This document shows positions 63,021 through 64,000 of a DNA stretch of 64,000 nt, piece by piece. Under the pieces are notes generated by a model that searched no databases, was not told the origin of the DNA, and worked only from the letters and a program-made list of their open reading frames with translations. The position numbers and the translations under genes were made by a program. Positions within the stretch are counted from its first letter, which is position 1; each line of letters starts with the position of its first letter. The DNA comes from Alphaproteobacteria bacterium (GTDB taxonomy: Bacteria; Pseudomonadota; Alphaproteobacteria; MPNO01; UBA830), in contig OZ251539.1 in NCBI GenBank assembly GCA_965243135.1, forward strand, positions 4,256,001-4,320,000. The letters are read 5' to 3'.

Positions 63021-64000
63021 ATGCGCCAGAAGCGGGTCCTGATATACAGCCACGACAGTTTCGGCCTGGGGCACCTGCGCCGCTGCCGGGCGATCGCGCA
63101 CGCCCTCGCGAACGACGATCCCGAGGTTTCCGTCCTGATCCTGTCCGGATCGCCGATCATCGGCAATTTCGACTTCCGCCGCCGGGTGGACTTCATCCGC
63201 GTGCCCGGCGTGATCAAGCTCCGCAACGGCGAGTACACGTCGCTGAGCCTGGGACTCGACGTCGAGCAGACCCTCGCCGTGCGCGCCTCGATCATCCGGC
63301 ACACGGCCGACATCTTCGATCCGGACATCTTCATCGTCGACAAGGAGCCGCTCGGGCTGCGCGGCGAGGTCGGCGAGACGCTCCGGCTGCTGGCCGAGCG
63401 GGGCACGCCGCTGGTGCTCGGACTGCGCGACGTGATGGACGAGCCTGCGCTCCTCGCTCCCGAATGGGAGCGGAAAAACGTCGCTCCGGCGCTGACCGGC
63501 CTCTACGACGAGATATGGGTTTACGGCCTTCCCCAGATTTGCGACCCGCTGGCCGAGATCGACCTGCCGCCGGCGGTGCGGCGAAAGACGGTGTTCACCG
63601 GCTACCTCAGGCGCGAAGCCGCGCACGCCGAACGCGCGCCGCGACCGGCTTTCGACCGGCCCTACCTGCTGGTGACCCCGGGCGGCGGCGGCGACGGGGA
63701 GGCGCTGATCGACTGGGTGCTGCGCGCCTACGAACGGGACCGCCGCGCGCCGCATCCCGCGCTGCTCGTGTTCGGTCCGTTCATGCAGCAGGACAGGCAG
63801 GCGGAGTTCGCGCGGCGCGCGGCGCAACTGCCGAAGGTGAAGGCCATCACGTTCGAGGCGAACATCGAACCGCTGATCGCCGCCGCCGCCGGGGTCGTGG
63901 CGATGGGCGGCTACAACACGTTCTGCGAAATCCTCACCTTCGACAAGCCCGCCCTGGTCGTGCCGCGAACCGTGCCGCGAAAGGAGCAGTTCATCCGCGC
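63021..64000 (+). CDS. Predicted glycosyltransferase (3' end outside the window)
   Basis: Manual translation RVLIYSHDSFGLGHLRR...VTPGGGGDG...MGGYNT...VPR..PRKEQ. Confidence 0.85.
   Translation, partial: MRQKRVLIYSHDSFGLGHLRRCRAIAHALANDDPEVSVLILSGSPIIGNFDFRRRVDFIRVPGVIKLRNGEYTSLSLGLDVEQTLAVRASIIRHTADIFDPDIFIVDKEPLGLRGEVGETLRLLAERGTPLVLGLRDVMDEPALLAPEWERKNVAPALTGLYDEIWVYGLPQICDPLAEIDLPPAVRRKTVFTGYLRREAAHAERAPRPAFDRPYLLVTPGGGGDGEALIDWVLRAYERDRRAPHPALLVFGPFMQQDRQAEFARRAAQLPKVKAITFEANIEPLIAAAAGVVAMGGYNTFCEILTFDKPALVVPRTVPRKEQFIR

Overview
GC-rich alphaproteobacterial chromosome segment; gene order and content are Rhodospirillales-like (inference). The backbone is housekeeping and metabolic: soeABC with a persulfide dioxygenase-like gene, xseB-ispA-dxs-tlyA, fabI-aroC, pdxH, hemA, moaA, hpt, pstS, a TAXI-TRAP transporter, chorismate mutase-hisC-tyrA, metXW, gloB, phaC-like-phbA-phbB, and an ABC/cNMP/methyltransferase/glycosyltransferase cluster. 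Small accessory patches interrupt it: (1) a Fic + ParB-like gene pair; (2) a ~4.2 kb eroded island bounded by two 3'-half tRNA-fMet copies, holding integrase, DUF499 and hicB relics and an intact AbiE type IV toxin-antitoxin pair; (3) an intact ISNCY-like IS inserted in the 3' end of a clan AA aspartic protease gene, followed by a McrB relic; (4) three different ~180-195 bp MITEs with terminal inverted repeats (TIRs) and target-site duplications (TSDs). The best candidate for an undescribed system is a promoter-fed, ~117 nt multi-hairpin RNA (41726-41843) lying tail-to-tail with a degraded phage MuF/PBECR-like nuclease-domain gene. No CRISPR array, rRNA or intact tRNA was seen. All family assignments come from motif recognition by eye; no searches were run.
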